64,000 bases of DNA. Source: Nitrospinales bacterium. Its GTDB lineage: Bacteria; Nitrospinota; Nitrospinia; Nitrospinales; VA-1. The first letter of the stretch is position 1. Each line of letters starts with the position of its first letter. The stretch covers positions 1,024,001 through 1,088,000 of the forward strand of contig CBDCXL010000002.1 of NCBI GenBank assembly GCA_965223795.1, written 5' to 3'. The notes under the pieces were generated by a model. The model worked only from the letters and a program-made list of their open reading frames with translations, did no database searches and was not told where the DNA came from. The translations under genes and the position numbers were made by a program. Positions 36,029 to 45,457 of this stretch are shown in pieces.

Positions 36029-37480
36029 ATGCAGACGACGGAAGACAACTCCAACATCATCGTCGACCGCAGGCCGCTGTGGATCGTGGCCTTCGACCGG
36101 CTGCGCCGCCCGCTGCTTTTGACGCTGCTGTTCGCCCTGTTTCTGGTGCTGCTGAACCAGGAGGGGCCGCAGGACCTCTCGCCGGAAGGCTACAGGGTGC
36201 TGTGCGTGTTTTTCCTGTGCGTCAGCCTGTGGTCCACCAACCTGATCCCGCTTTCGGTGACGAGCCTGCTCGCCATCGCGCTCATCCCGCTGCTCGGCAT
36301 CATGCCCGATTCGGCGGTGTATTCGTTTTTCGGCAACAAGGCGGTGTTCTTCATCCTCGGCGTGTTCATCCTGTCGGCGGCGATGATCGGCTCGGGGCTG
36401 AGCACGCGGCTTTCGATGTGGGTGATGGAGCAGTTCGGCGGCACGCCGCAGAAACTGATCACGTCGATCTACTGCTTCGGCGCGGTGAGTTCCTGCTTCA
36501 TGTCCGAACACGCGGTGGCGGCGATGATGTTTCCGATTCTGATGGAGATCGTGCAGGTGCTCAATCTCAAGTGCGGCGACTCGCGTTTCGCCAAGGCGCT
36601 GTTTTTCGCGATGGCCTGGGGCTGCATCGTGGGCGGCGCGATGACCGTGATGGGCGGCGGCCGGGTGCCGCTGGCGGTGGAGATCCTGGAAAAGTCCACG
36701 GCAAACGCGGCGACGATCGGGATCCTCGAATACACACACCTCAGCTTCCCGCTGGTGCTGCTGCTGTTCGTCTGCGGGGGGTGGGTGCTGCGTTTTCTGT
36801 ATCCCAGCGACCTCGCCGACATCCAGCCGGCACGCGCCGTGCTGAAGAAAAAATCCCAGGACCTGGGGCTGATGACGTTCAGCGAAAAAGGCGTGGCGGC
36901 GGTGATGGGGCTGACGCTGTTTTTCTGGTTCGCCTACGGGGACGCGCTCGGCATCGCCAACATCGCCATCCTGTCCATCGTCGTCCTGTTCTGGTTCGGC
37001 CTGATCAACTGGGGCCTGGTGGAGCCGCACATCAACTGGGCGATCATCCTGATGTACGGCGGCGCCATCTGCCTGGGTGAGGTGATGTCCTCGTCCGGGG
37101 CGGCATTGTGGCTGGCGCGGTATTTCTTCGAGGGCACGGTGACGTCGCCGGTGGTGTACCTGCTGCTGCTGGCGCTGGCCTCGACGCTGTTCACCACGTT
37201 CATGAGCAACTCGGCGGTCATCGCCATCCTGCTGCCGCCCGCCATCAGCATGGCCCCGGCCTACGGCCTGAGCGCGCAGCTGGTTTCGCTCACGGTGATC
37301 CTGCCGAGCAACTTCGCTTTCATCCTGCCGATCGCGACGCCGGCCTCGGCGCTGGCGTATTCGTCGCGCTACATCGGCATCGCCGACATGGTGCGCGCGG
37401 GCACGCTGCTCAGCCTGCTGGGCATGGGATGCTACCTGTTTCTGTTGAAGGTGTACTGGCCGTGGATCGGCTTTCAATAA
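36029..37480 (+). CDS. DASS/SLC13-family anion transporter
   Basis: Many TMs; FMSEHA, FMSNSA and FILPIATP motifs. Confidence 0.9.
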   Translation: MQTTEDNSNIIVDRRPLWIVAFDRLRRPLLLTLLFALFLVLLNQEGPQDLSPEGYRVLCVFFLCVSLWSTNLIPLSVTSLLAIALIPLLGIMPDSAVYSFFGNKAVFFILGVFILSAAMIGSGLSTRLSMWVMEQFGGTPQKLITSIYCFGAVSSCFMSEHAVAAMMFPILMEIVQVLNLKCGDSRFAKALFFAMAWGCIVGGAMTVMGGGRVPLAVEILEKSTANAATIGILEYTHLSFPLVLLLFVCGGWVLRFLYPSDLADIQPARAVLKKKSQDLGLMTFSEKGVAAVMGLTLFFWFAYGDALGIANIAILSIVVLFWFGLINWGLVEPHINWAIILMYGGAICLGEVMSSSGAALWLARYFFEGTVTSPVVYLLLLALASTLFTTFMSNSAVIAILLPPAISMAPAYGLSAQLVSLTVILPSNFAFILPIATPASALAYSSRYIGIADMVRAGTLLSLLGMGCYLFLLKVYWPWIGFQ

Positions 37481-37594
37481 AAGAAGTGGCGGGCCCGGGA
37501 CGGACCTGGAGGGGTAGGCCCGTCCCGAGTGCGCGGAAAGGGGAAAACTCCGTTTCCGGAGTTTTCCGGTTTCAAACCACTAGCTTTTGGATTG
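37478..37594 (-). ncRNA. Candidate sigma-54-dependent small RNA
   Basis: Lies downstream of a GG-N10-GC promoter; two hairpins that fold better on the minus strand (GAAA tetraloop; ACCCCUCC loop); no sizeable ORF. Ends estimated. Confidence 0.55.
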
Positions 37595-37604
37595 CTGTAT
37601 TAAG

Positions 37605-37621
37605 AGCAAGTTCGATGCCGG
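37605..37621 (-). promoter_or_regulatory. Sigma-54 promoter
   Basis: CCGGCATCGAACTTGCT. Confidence 0.65.
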
Positions 37622-37814
37622 AACCGACGCATTATTGCGGTATATTCAGAACGGCCCCATATTCAAAGCCAATGCGGCGGCGGACCCGCGCCGGGCTTAC
37701 TTGTTACAATGAAGGTGTATCTTTTTTCATGTAACGGTCGTACCGATTTCTGCAAATCAAAACCGTTGATATTGCGCGCTTGGTTTTACGGCCCGCGACG
37801 AGGGAGAGTAACCG

Positions 37815-38159
37815 GTGAATTCACAGAACGTTTCGCTGATCCATCCTGTGACCTTGAAAGAACGCCTCGAACAAGGCGAGGACATCTGCCTGGTGGATGT
37901 GCGCGAGGACTGGGAATTTTCGCTCGCGGCCATCGAAGGTTCGGTGTGCCTGCCGCTGGGGGAGCTGGCGGACCGGGTGCAGGAGCTCTTGTTCGAGGAA
38001 GAGATCGTGGTCATCTGCCATCACGGCCAGCGCTCGCACACCGGCGCGCAGATCCTCATGGAGTCGGGCTTCAAAAAGGTGCACAACCTGCAAGGCGGCA
38101 TCGACGCCTGGTCGCAGCTCGTCGATCCCACCGTCCCCCGCTACGGCCCGAACGGCTAG
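37815..38159 (+). CDS. Rhodanese-like domain protein
   Basis: LVDVREDWE, VVICHHGQRS and NLQGGIDAWSQLVDPTVPRY motifs. Confidence 0.9.
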   Translation: MNSQNVSLIHPVTLKERLEQGEDICLVDVREDWEFSLAAIEGSVCLPLGELADRVQELLFEEEIVVICHHGQRSHTGAQILMESGFKKVHNLQGGIDAWSQLVDPTVPRYGPNG

Positions 38160-38168
38160 CTTCCCATT

Positions 38169-39098
38169 TCATTTTGCAGGCATTGCGCAACGGAACCCCA
38201 CAGACCGCTTGTAAGCTCCCCTTTTATCGATACTCGCATCCCAAAGACGAGCGGAAACCCGCATGCTCCCCCATGTCCCTTTATCCCAGGAGCTGCCACG
38301 AATGACTTTTGCTCCCATGTCCACTGTCTTTGGCTTCCATTCGTAACTTTCAGTAAAACGTTTGATTTCTACCCCCTCAGGCTCGATTCGTTTGGGTCCC
38401 TGGGGATTGGTTATGTCCTTTTCGTGATAATAAAACTCGTCGTACCAGTCCGACACCCATTCATAGACATTTCCCAGCATGTCGTAGAGTCCGTAGGGAT
38501 TGGGCTTGAAACTACCTACCGGTGCTAAAGTGTCATGACCATCGTCGTATTGGGTGAGTCTCAAATCATCCAGGCAGTTTTTATCGCAAAAGTTTTCATA
38601 ACCGGTCTTAAAATCTTCTCCCCAGTAATACCGGGTGGTTGTGCCACCCCGGGCGGCTCTCTCCCATTCCGCTTCGGTTGGAAGCCGCTTTCCCAATTTC
38701 CGGCAATACCCATTTGCTTCATTCCAAAACGTATTTTCAACCGGAAGGTTGTCTCCTTTGTATCTCGATGGGTTTCTTCCCATGACTTTCTGGAACTGCG
38801 CCTGGGTCACTTCGAACTTGTCGATGTAATAGCTATTTAAAATGACTTCATGCTTGGGGCTTTCATTGGTAAAGAACCATCGAAAACATTCTAAATTGTG
38901 CTTCATGCACTCCTCATATCCATCGTCGGTGCTGGCTCCCATGACAAACATGCCCTTGGGAATCAAGACCATGTTTTTTGGAATGGTGCTTTGGCTACCC
39001 TTGTTTTCTTGGGCAGATTCCGATGCTGAACTCAAATCCCCACAAAAAACAATCATGCTCAAAGATAAAATTCCGAGCGTGAATATTTTTTTTCGCAT
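38169..39098 (-). CDS. FGE-sulfatase-fold exported protein (AT-richer than neighbours)
   Basis: RLPTEAEWERAARG, DMLGNVYEW and GFRC motifs. Confidence 0.88.
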   Translation of the reverse strand: MRKKIFTLGILSLSMIVFCGDLSSASESAQENKGSQSTIPKNMVLIPKGMFVMGASTDDGYEECMKHNLECFRWFFTNESPKHEVILNSYYIDKFEVTQAQFQKVMGRNPSRYKGDNLPVENTFWNEANGYCRKLGKRLPTEAEWERAARGGTTTRYYWGEDFKTGYENFCDKNCLDDLRLTQYDDGHDTLAPVGSFKPNPYGLYDMLGNVYEWVSDWYDEFYYHEKDITNPQGPKRIEPEGVEIKRFTESYEWKPKTVDMGAKVIRGSSWDKGTWGSMRVSARLWDASIDKRGAYKRSVGFRCAMPAK

Positions 39099-39116
39099 TG
39101 ATTGAATTCCGAATTG

Positions 39117-40583
39117 CTACTTTTCGATCGCTTCGAGCAGGGCGTCGCGCATGGCCTGAACGGGCGCCTTCTTTCCCGTCCACAGTTCGAACTGGTCCAC
39201 CGCCTGGTTGATGAACAGCTCGACGCCGGAGATCGCGATGCAGCCCGCGGCGCGGGCCTCGCGGATCAGCCTGGTCTCCGGCGGGTTGTACACCGAGTCG
39301 AACACCACGGTGCCGGGCTTGAGGTTGCGCGTCGGGAACGGGGTTTCCTCGACGTTGGGGTGCATGCCCACGGGCGAACAGTTGATGAGCACGTCGACGG
39401 GCAGGTCGCGGGCGTCGTCCACGGGCACGCACTGGCAGTCCAGCATCCCGGCCAGCTGCTGGCCGCGCTGCTTGTTGCTCTTGTAGGTCACGGTCAGTCT
39501 CGCGCCGCTTGCTTTCACGCCGAAGCCGATGGCCTTGGCGGTGCCGCCGGAGCCGATGATGAGCACGTTTTTGTCCTTGAGATCGATGTGCTTCTCGAGC
39601 GCGCGCAACGCTCCGCTGATGTCGGTGTTGTGCCCCACCCATTCGCCGCCCTGCCGCACCACGGTGTTGACCGCGCCGATCTTCGCCGCGGTGTCCTCGA
39701 CGCGATCGAGCAGCGGCATCACCGCTTCCTTGTGCGGCATGGTGACGCTGAGTCCGGAGAAGATGTCCCTAAAGGCGTTGAAGAACACTTCCAGCTCCTG
39801 CACCAGAAAGGAAACGTAGATGTCGTTCGATCCTAATTCCTGAAACGCGCGGTTGTGGATGCGGTAGCCCATGCTCTTGGACACGGGATCGCCGATGACG
39901 CCGTACACCTTGAACGCTTCGCGCGGCCGGTCGGCGCGGTAGACGCGCTTGAGGGTGTCGGCCGGGATCTGCCCCGGAGCGCTTTCGCGTCCGGTGTCGA
40001 GCGAGCCGAAGGTGAGAAACCCGCCCAATAGCGGCGACAGCACGCGGCTGATCTCGCCCTTCTCCCCCATGCACAGGGCGATGAGCCTGCGGTTCTCGCG
40101 GCGCGCCCGCTCCAGAAGCTGAAACACCTTGAGGTTGTCGCGGATGTCCTGGGCGTAGGTGGCGATCTTCAACACGTCGCCCGGCAGCTCGCACATGATC
40201 TCGTACAGGGGCGTCAGGTCGTCGAGGGTGTTGGTGAAGTTGTGGTAGGAAAGGATGGCCTGGGTGTTTCCCTTGTTTTCGAGCACCGACTTCAACAGTT
40301 CCTTGGGCGTCGAGGTCTCGATGTCGATGTAGTCCACCCCCGCTTTGACCGCCTGGCGCAGGCTTTCGATGCGTTCTGCTTCGGTGCCCTTGAACTGACC
40401 GCCTTCCAGCTTGGAACGGTTGGTGACGATGACGGGCTTGGTCACGGCGGCGAGCAGCGCGTTCAGGTCGACGTTGTGAATGAGATCGAGACGCAGTTCG
40501 AGGATGTCGGCGATGGATTCGGCCGCCGGGATGTCGGCCAGGGCCTTGGACAGGGTGGGGCCGATGATGGGAACGCAGATCAT
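39117..40583 (-). CDS. aroE: Bifunctional type I 3-dehydroquinate dehydratase / shikimate dehydrogenase (AroDE)
   Basis: ELRLD, LSYHNF, SAPGQ (AroD); SVTMPHK, GAVNT, NTD, GSGGTAKA (AroE). Confidence 0.92.
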   Translation of the reverse strand: MICVPIIGPTLSKALADIPAAESIADILELRLDLIHNVDLNALLAAVTKPVIVTNRSKLEGGQFKGTEAERIESLRQAVKAGVDYIDIETSTPKELLKSVLENKGNTQAILSYHNFTNTLDDLTPLYEIMCELPGDVLKIATYAQDIRDNLKVFQLLERARRENRRLIALCMGEKGEISRVLSPLLGGFLTFGSLDTGRESAPGQIPADTLKRVYRADRPREAFKVYGVIGDPVSKSMGYRIHNRAFQELGSNDIYVSFLVQELEVFFNAFRDIFSGLSVTMPHKEAVMPLLDRVEDTAAKIGAVNTVVRQGGEWVGHNTDISGALRALEKHIDLKDKNVLIIGSGGTAKAIGFGVKASGARLTVTYKSNKQRGQQLAGMLDCQCVPVDDARDLPVDVLINCSPVGMHPNVEETPFPTRNLKPGTVVFDSVYNPPETRLIREARAAGCIAISGVELFINQAVDQFELWTGKKAPVQAMRDALLEAIEK

Positions 40584-40669
40584 GAAACCGGGTGTCACTT
40601 TCTCTTGAAGGTAATACCGCCGCACGGGTGCAGGCAACGCTGGAAACCGCGCGGATAAACCCGCTCAAT

Positions 40670-42484
40670 CTATTCCGCTTTGCCTTCTTTGTCAATTTGC
40701 GCGGGAATTTTCACGCGTTTCGGCCCGCCAAAGTTTCCGGACGCCTCCCGCTCGCGCAGCGCCTTGACCATGAGCTGCATGGCGAGGCGCGCCTGCTCGT
40801 CTTGCGGGCGCAGCCTCGTTGCGGCCTTGAACGATTCGAGGGCGTCCTGCAGTTTTCCCTGCTGCGAGTAGTGCACGCCGAGGTTGTAGTGGGCGTTGGC
40901 GTAGCGCGGGTCGATGGCGATGGCGGCGCGGAAGGCCTCGATGGCTTCTTCTGTTCTTTCGAGCAGGCCGAGCACGTTGCCCAGATTGTTGTAGGCGCGG
41001 GCGTAGTCGGGATTGAGCTTGAGCGCGTTGCGGTAGGACGCCTCCGCTTCCGCAAGTTTGCCCTGCCTGCGATAGGCGTTGCCGAGGTTGAAGTGCGCCT
41101 TGATGTGATCGGGCTTGAGCTGCACCGTCGCGCGGTAGGCCAGGACGGCTTCTTTGGGGTTTTTGTTCATCTTGTCCAGCTCGGTGCCGAGGTTGTAGTG
41201 CGCCATCCAGGAGGACGGGTTTTTGGCGATGGTGTCGCGCCACAGGGTCTCGACGTCTTTGTAGATGTGGCCCTGGTTGTGGGTGAGCCCGGCGAGAACC
41301 AGCGCCAGCACGGTCAACGCGGCGGCGCGCAGCGGAAAGGCGCGGGTTTTCATTGCAGCCGGAAGTCGCTGGGCCGCGGCGGCGAACAGGGCCAGCGGCC
41401 CGATGCTCGCCAGGTACTGAAAATGATCGGCCACGAACGAGAAGCGCATGGGATACACGTTGACGAACCCGAGCGCCGGGGTCAGCGTGCCGGCGAAAAA
41501 CAGAACCGCCACGAGCGGGCCTTTGCCCCAGCGGGTTCTGCGCCGCCACAGAAACCCGATCAGCGCGAGGAAGGCCAGCGGGTACAGGTACTGCACGAAC
41601 GCACCGGCGTCGATGTTCCAGCGCGGATAGGTGAAGATCAAGGGATGCGGCCAGAGCAGTTTGCCGAGGTAAAACCACAAGGCGCGGCCGGCGATGAGGA
41701 ATCGATCCACCGCCGAAAGATCCCATTCGGGGCCGAGCGCGCCGACGTGGAAGCGCTCCATCCAGCCGGTGATGAACGCCATGCCGAGCCCGGCCACGAA
41801 AAACGGATAGGTGAGGAAGGTGTTCCGCCAGCCCAGCCGTTCCTTCTTCCACCACAGGATCAGAATGATCACCGCGGGCAGCGTGCAGGTGACGGTCTTG
41901 CTCCAGAGCGCGCACAAAAACAGAACCCAGGAAACACCGTACAGCCCCCAGCGGGTGGGCTGAAGCGCCGCGGCGTCCGGGTCGCGCGGTTCGCTGTCGT
42001 CGAGCCCGGCGAAGCGCAGGTAGGCCCACAGCGAGGAAAGGTAGAACATCCCCGAGAGCACGTTCTTGCGTTCGGTGATCCAGGCGACCGATTCGACGTG
42101 CACGGGATGCACCGCGAACAGCACCGCCGCCCACACCGCGCCGGGCACAGACAGGGCGCGCAGCACCCGCCACAGCAGGAACGCGTTGCCGAGGTGCAGG
42201 GCCACGTTGACGATGTGGTAGCCGAGGGGCCGGGTTTCCCACAGGCGGTACTCGAGCCAGAAGGTGGTGAACGTCATCGGATAATACTGCGGCGTCGCGC
42301 CGAATTCGGTCCACATCTTCCACAGGCCGGACAGCGACTTGAGATGCTCGTTCAGGGTGATGTAGGCGTCGTCGTCCCAGATGAAGCCGCCGCGCATCGC
42401 GGGAAGGTACGCGCAGGCCGCGACGATGAGGAACGCGATCAAGGGCCATCGTAGTGGCCGGGTATCGGGTTGGGATGGGTTCAA
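40670..42484 (-). CDS. TMTC-like membrane glycosyltransferase (GT-C) with C-terminal TPRs
   Basis: FIWDD, LFAVHPVHVESVAWITERK, ADHFQYLAS, LWRDTI motifs then TPRs. Start uncertain (TTG 42484; ORF open to 42568). Confidence 0.85.
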   Translation of the reverse strand: MNPSQPDTRPLRWPLIAFLIVAACAYLPAMRGGFIWDDDAYITLNEHLKSLSGLWKMWTEFGATPQYYPMTFTTFWLEYRLWETRPLGYHIVNVALHLGNAFLLWRVLRALSVPGAVWAAVLFAVHPVHVESVAWITERKNVLSGMFYLSSLWAYLRFAGLDDSEPRDPDAAALQPTRWGLYGVSWVLFLCALWSKTVTCTLPAVIILILWWKKERLGWRNTFLTYPFFVAGLGMAFITGWMERFHVGALGPEWDLSAVDRFLIAGRALWFYLGKLLWPHPLIFTYPRWNIDAGAFVQYLYPLAFLALIGFLWRRRTRWGKGPLVAVLFFAGTLTPALGFVNVYPMRFSFVADHFQYLASIGPLALFAAAAQRLPAAMKTRAFPLRAAALTVLALVLAGLTHNQGHIYKDVETLWRDTIAKNPSSWMAHYNLGTELDKMNKNPKEAVLAYRATVQLKPDHIKAHFNLGNAYRRQGKLAEAEASYRNALKLNPDYARAYNNLGNVLGLLERTEEAIEAFRAAIAIDPRYANAHYNLGVHYSQQGKLQDALESFKAATRLRPQDEQARLAMQLMVKALREREASGNFGGPKRVKIPAQIDKEGKAE

Positions 42485-42620
42485 GGTGTTTCCCCGGAGT
42501 TTGAGGAAAAGACGAAACGGAGCGAGGGACGCCCGGTCTTTTGTATCGCAATTGCGGGAAGGTTGCAACGCGAAGCTTTAAGGATCTGCTTCGGCTTTGC
42601 CGGAATGAAAGCGGAACCGG

Positions 42621-42809
42621 TCAGGCCCGCGTCTTCTTCACCCCGGCGTCCGTAGCCTGCGCCTGCTTGCGCGCCTCGGCGGACAGGGTCACCCGGTCCA
42701 CCTGCCCCTGCACGCTTTTCACCGCGACTTTTTTATTCAGCTCCGCGATGCGCGTCTGGTTCTGGTACACCTTGGAAATCCGTTCGAATCGAACCAATGA
42801 AATGTCCAT
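42621..42809 (-). CDS. Small flagellum-associated protein with DxVxLSxEA motif (FlgM N-terminus/DVU0524-like)
   Basis: KVYQNQ and DRVTLSAEARK motifs; downstream of flgN. Confidence 0.6.
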   Translation of the reverse strand: MDISLVRFERISKVYQNQTRIAELNKKVAVKSVQGQVDRVTLSAEARKQAQATDAGVKKTRA

Positions 42810-42827
42810 GACAGCCTCTCAAAACCC

Positions 42828-43268
42828 TCAAACGTTTTTGGAGATCCTGGATTTGACCTGCTTTTCGTTCGCGTACCCCTTGAGCATGGTCTTGCCTTTT
42901 TTGATGTCGAGCAGCTGATCCTTGACGAGGAATTTGCGCGCCTTGAGTTCCACCTGGCAGTGGTTTTCCATTTTTACAATGTTCTGCAAAATGTCCTCCA
43001 CCTGCTGCCGCAGCCCTTCGTTGGCGCGCGCCACCCGGCCCAGTTCCTCGGGGTTGAGCGCCAGCACGATCGTTTCCATCTGCCGCTCCACTTCCTGCGC
43101 GGAGGCGAGCAGGCCGCGCTTCTCTTCGATCAGCGTTTTCAAACGGGCCTCGTCTTCCAGCTGGATGACGGCCACCTGCTCTTCCAGTTTCGCGGCCAGT
43201 TCCTGGTAGCAGGCTTTCTCCTGCCGCAAACAGTTTTCGATGATGTTTGCCGGATCGTCTGAGTTCAC
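42828..43268 (-). CDS. flgN: FlgN-like flagellar export chaperone
   Basis: Helical 146-aa protein with L..E...Y.EL and EEK..L pattern, GY near the C terminus; flagellar context. Confidence 0.65.
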   Translation of the reverse strand: MNSDDPANIIENCLRQEKACYQELAAKLEEQVAVIQLEDEARLKTLIEEKRGLLASAQEVERQMETIVLALNPEELGRVARANEGLRQQVEDILQNIVKMENHCQVELKARKFLVKDQLLDIKKGKTMLKGYANEKQVKSRISKNV

Positions 43269-43295
43269 GCTGCACTCCTGAAATTGTTTTTTTTA

Positions 43296-45092
43296 TTAAA
43301 CCACCGCGATCAGCTTCGAGGCGGCCGCGCTTTGCGCGTTCTCCGCAAACGCACGCACACCGCGGCTTACAGCGGCATCCACCGGCCCGGCAAGCCGCTG
43401 CTGCTTGAGCGCGATCATTCCGGTTTGCGGATCCAGTATCTGAGTCAAACGGGTTTCGAGTACGGGAAGAATACCGGTTTCGGGATTTTCGAACAAGTCC
43501 AAAACTTCTTCGGCGTTGACGGTCAGCGCGCGCTGGAGCCGCCCGATGTTCACGGACAGCGTGTCGTCATCCTGTGTGCGGATGCCGACGGCGCGCAGAC
43601 GATCGAGCAGCCCGCGTCCGGTTTCGTTTGCATTCTGCGCACGCGTCTGCGTTTGCAACGCCACTGCGTCGACGCGGTCCTTTTCGGTGTTTTCAACATC
43701 GAAGCCGATCCCGCGCTGGTTTTCCCGGCCCGCCCGCACCTTGTCGATGTTTTCATTGCGTTCGTTGAGATCGCGGGTGCGCTGCTCGGGCGTTCCGGTC
43801 AGCTCTTGCCGGATCTGCTTGAGATCCGCGTCGCCCGCAAAAGTTTTCGTCCCGGCCAGAAGATCGTTGACGCGCCGCACCGCGTTGTTGAAGCGGCCGA
43901 CCAGCGATTCGATGCGCGACGCCGTGCGCGAGGTCTCAAGCGTCACCTCGATGCGCACCCTGCTATCGGACGTTTGCTTCAACGTGAGCCGGGTGTCGTC
44001 GATGACATTGGCAAAGGTGTTGGAACGGCTGGTCTGATCTTTGCCTTCCACTTCGATGCGCGCGGTCTGCGGATCGCGGATCAGATTCGTGCGCGGGTTG
44101 CCGGTGTCGAACTGCACTTCCTTCTGCACGGAACGGCCTTTGCTGTCGCGTTCGAAAAACCCGAGCCCGAGCAGCACGTCATCGTCGTCTCTGAGATCGA
44201 TGCGCGCATCGCCGCCGGCGAGGCTGGTGAGCGTGAGGCGGCCGCTCTGGATGCCGGCGATGACCCGCGTTTCCAGCACGCCGCCGTCGAGCCGGCCGTT
44301 GCCGTTCGCATCCTCGGTGCCGTCGAGCGCGCCGTTGCCGTTCACATCCTCGATCACGAACGCGCCGCCGCCGAACTCGTTGCCGTCCACGCCGTAGCGG
44401 TCGAGCACGCCGTTGCCGTTCAAGTCTTCGGGTCCGTCCAGCGCGCCGTTGTTGTTGCCGTCTTCACCGAAGTTGATCTTGTCGCGCAGGGAAGCCAGCG
44501 AGTCGCCGGTGGTGACGGTCACTTTGTGGCCGTTGATGAAAAAGCTGCCGGAAAATCCCAGCTCGCTGTCCGCCTGCACGTCGGAGACAAGAACCTCACC
44601 GGCCGCAAGCCGCGTCGGGGTCACATCGGCGCGGGTCAGGGGCGCATTCGGCCCGGCCTCGGCTTCAATGCGGCCGGGATCGCTGGATTTGGCGCTTCTC
44701 AGATTCAGGGCGCCGGGTGCGCGCAGGGCGCTGGCTTCGGCTCTGAGCGCCGCCAGGGAATCGGCGAGTTCGCTGAGGCGTGTGATCTTGAGTGCGCGGA
44801 AGCGTTCGCTGTTGTCGATGGTATTTTCCGCGGAAACGGCCGGTGTCGGGGTGCGGATGGACAACAGCCGGATGGCGTCGCGCGCCCGCAGGGAAGCGAC
44901 GGGGCCTGTGGATTTGAGCGTCGGGGCGTTTCTGTGCGAAGACAGCGCGTCGAGCAATAGATCGCTGCGCCTGGGAACCGGGTCCGGAAGCAGGGATGCA
45001 GCCCGGTTCGGCTTGACGGCATCATTCGCGCCGCCTGCCGTTCCCGAAGAAAAACCGGGCAGGGATGAATTTGGCAAACCCGTGAGCTGCAT
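43296..45092 (-). CDS. fliD: FliD-like flagellar cap protein with inserted Ca-binding-like loops
   Basis: SLASLRDKIN, SRSNTFANVIDDTRLTL, IESLVGRFN, LRAVGI, EEVLDLF motifs; start set at ATG 45092. Confidence 0.75.
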   Translation of the reverse strand: MQLTGLPNSSLPGFSSGTAGGANDAVKPNRAASLLPDPVPRRSDLLLDALSSHRNAPTLKSTGPVASLRARDAIRLLSIRTPTPAVSAENTIDNSERFRALKITRLSELADSLAALRAEASALRAPGALNLRSAKSSDPGRIEAEAGPNAPLTRADVTPTRLAAGEVLVSDVQADSELGFSGSFFINGHKVTVTTGDSLASLRDKINFGEDGNNNGALDGPEDLNGNGVLDRYGVDGNEFGGGAFVIEDVNGNGALDGTEDANGNGRLDGGVLETRVIAGIQSGRLTLTSLAGGDARIDLRDDDDVLLGLGFFERDSKGRSVQKEVQFDTGNPRTNLIRDPQTARIEVEGKDQTSRSNTFANVIDDTRLTLKQTSDSRVRIEVTLETSRTASRIESLVGRFNNAVRRVNDLLAGTKTFAGDADLKQIRQELTGTPEQRTRDLNERNENIDKVRAGRENQRGIGFDVENTEKDRVDAVALQTQTRAQNANETGRGLLDRLRAVGIRTQDDDTLSVNIGRLQRALTVNAEEVLDLFENPETGILPVLETRLTQILDPQTGMIALKQQRLAGPVDAAVSRGVRAFAENAQSAAASKLIAVV

Positions 45093-45352
45093 GTTCTCAT
45101 CGGCCGTGCGGCCGGGTCCGGGAAACCCTTCAAGTGCCGGAAACCGGTAGCCGATAAGAAAGCGTTCCCGTGCGACACGGGATGTGCGTTTCAAGCCAAA
45201 CGCCCGCCTCGCCGGCGTTGCGCGTGAAAACTCGGCTGGGGTTCCCCCTGTTTGTGTGGGCAGCCCGGTTGGTTTCCGGCAGGCTCCTTTTCAGGAACAA
45301 CGGGGCTGATGCTTGCGCTTTCCTTGCATGAGATGGGGGCGCCAACCTTTCC

Positions 45353-45379
45353 TTCTCGGCAAAGAAAACCGCAACCTGG
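45353..45379 (-). promoter_or_regulatory. Possible sigma-28 promoter for the fliD-like operon
   Basis: CCAGGTTG-N11-GCCGAGAA. Confidence 0.4.
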
Positions 45380-45457
45380 TTGTTGTCAGCTGTCTCCTCT
45401 AAGACGCGTTGACCTGTCTAGGCCCGCCCGGCTCAGCGCCGGCGGGCGCGGCAATCT

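Noticed and set aside
31522..39098. True formylglycine-generating enzymes or a diversity-generating retroelement
   Set aside because: The catalytic Cys motif is absent, and no reverse transcriptase or template repeat was seen in the window.
42621..42809. Bona fide FlgM anti-sigma-28
   Set aside because: It has the DxVxLS motif but lacks the C-terminal sigma-binding segment (R.EKV..IK..I..G.Y).
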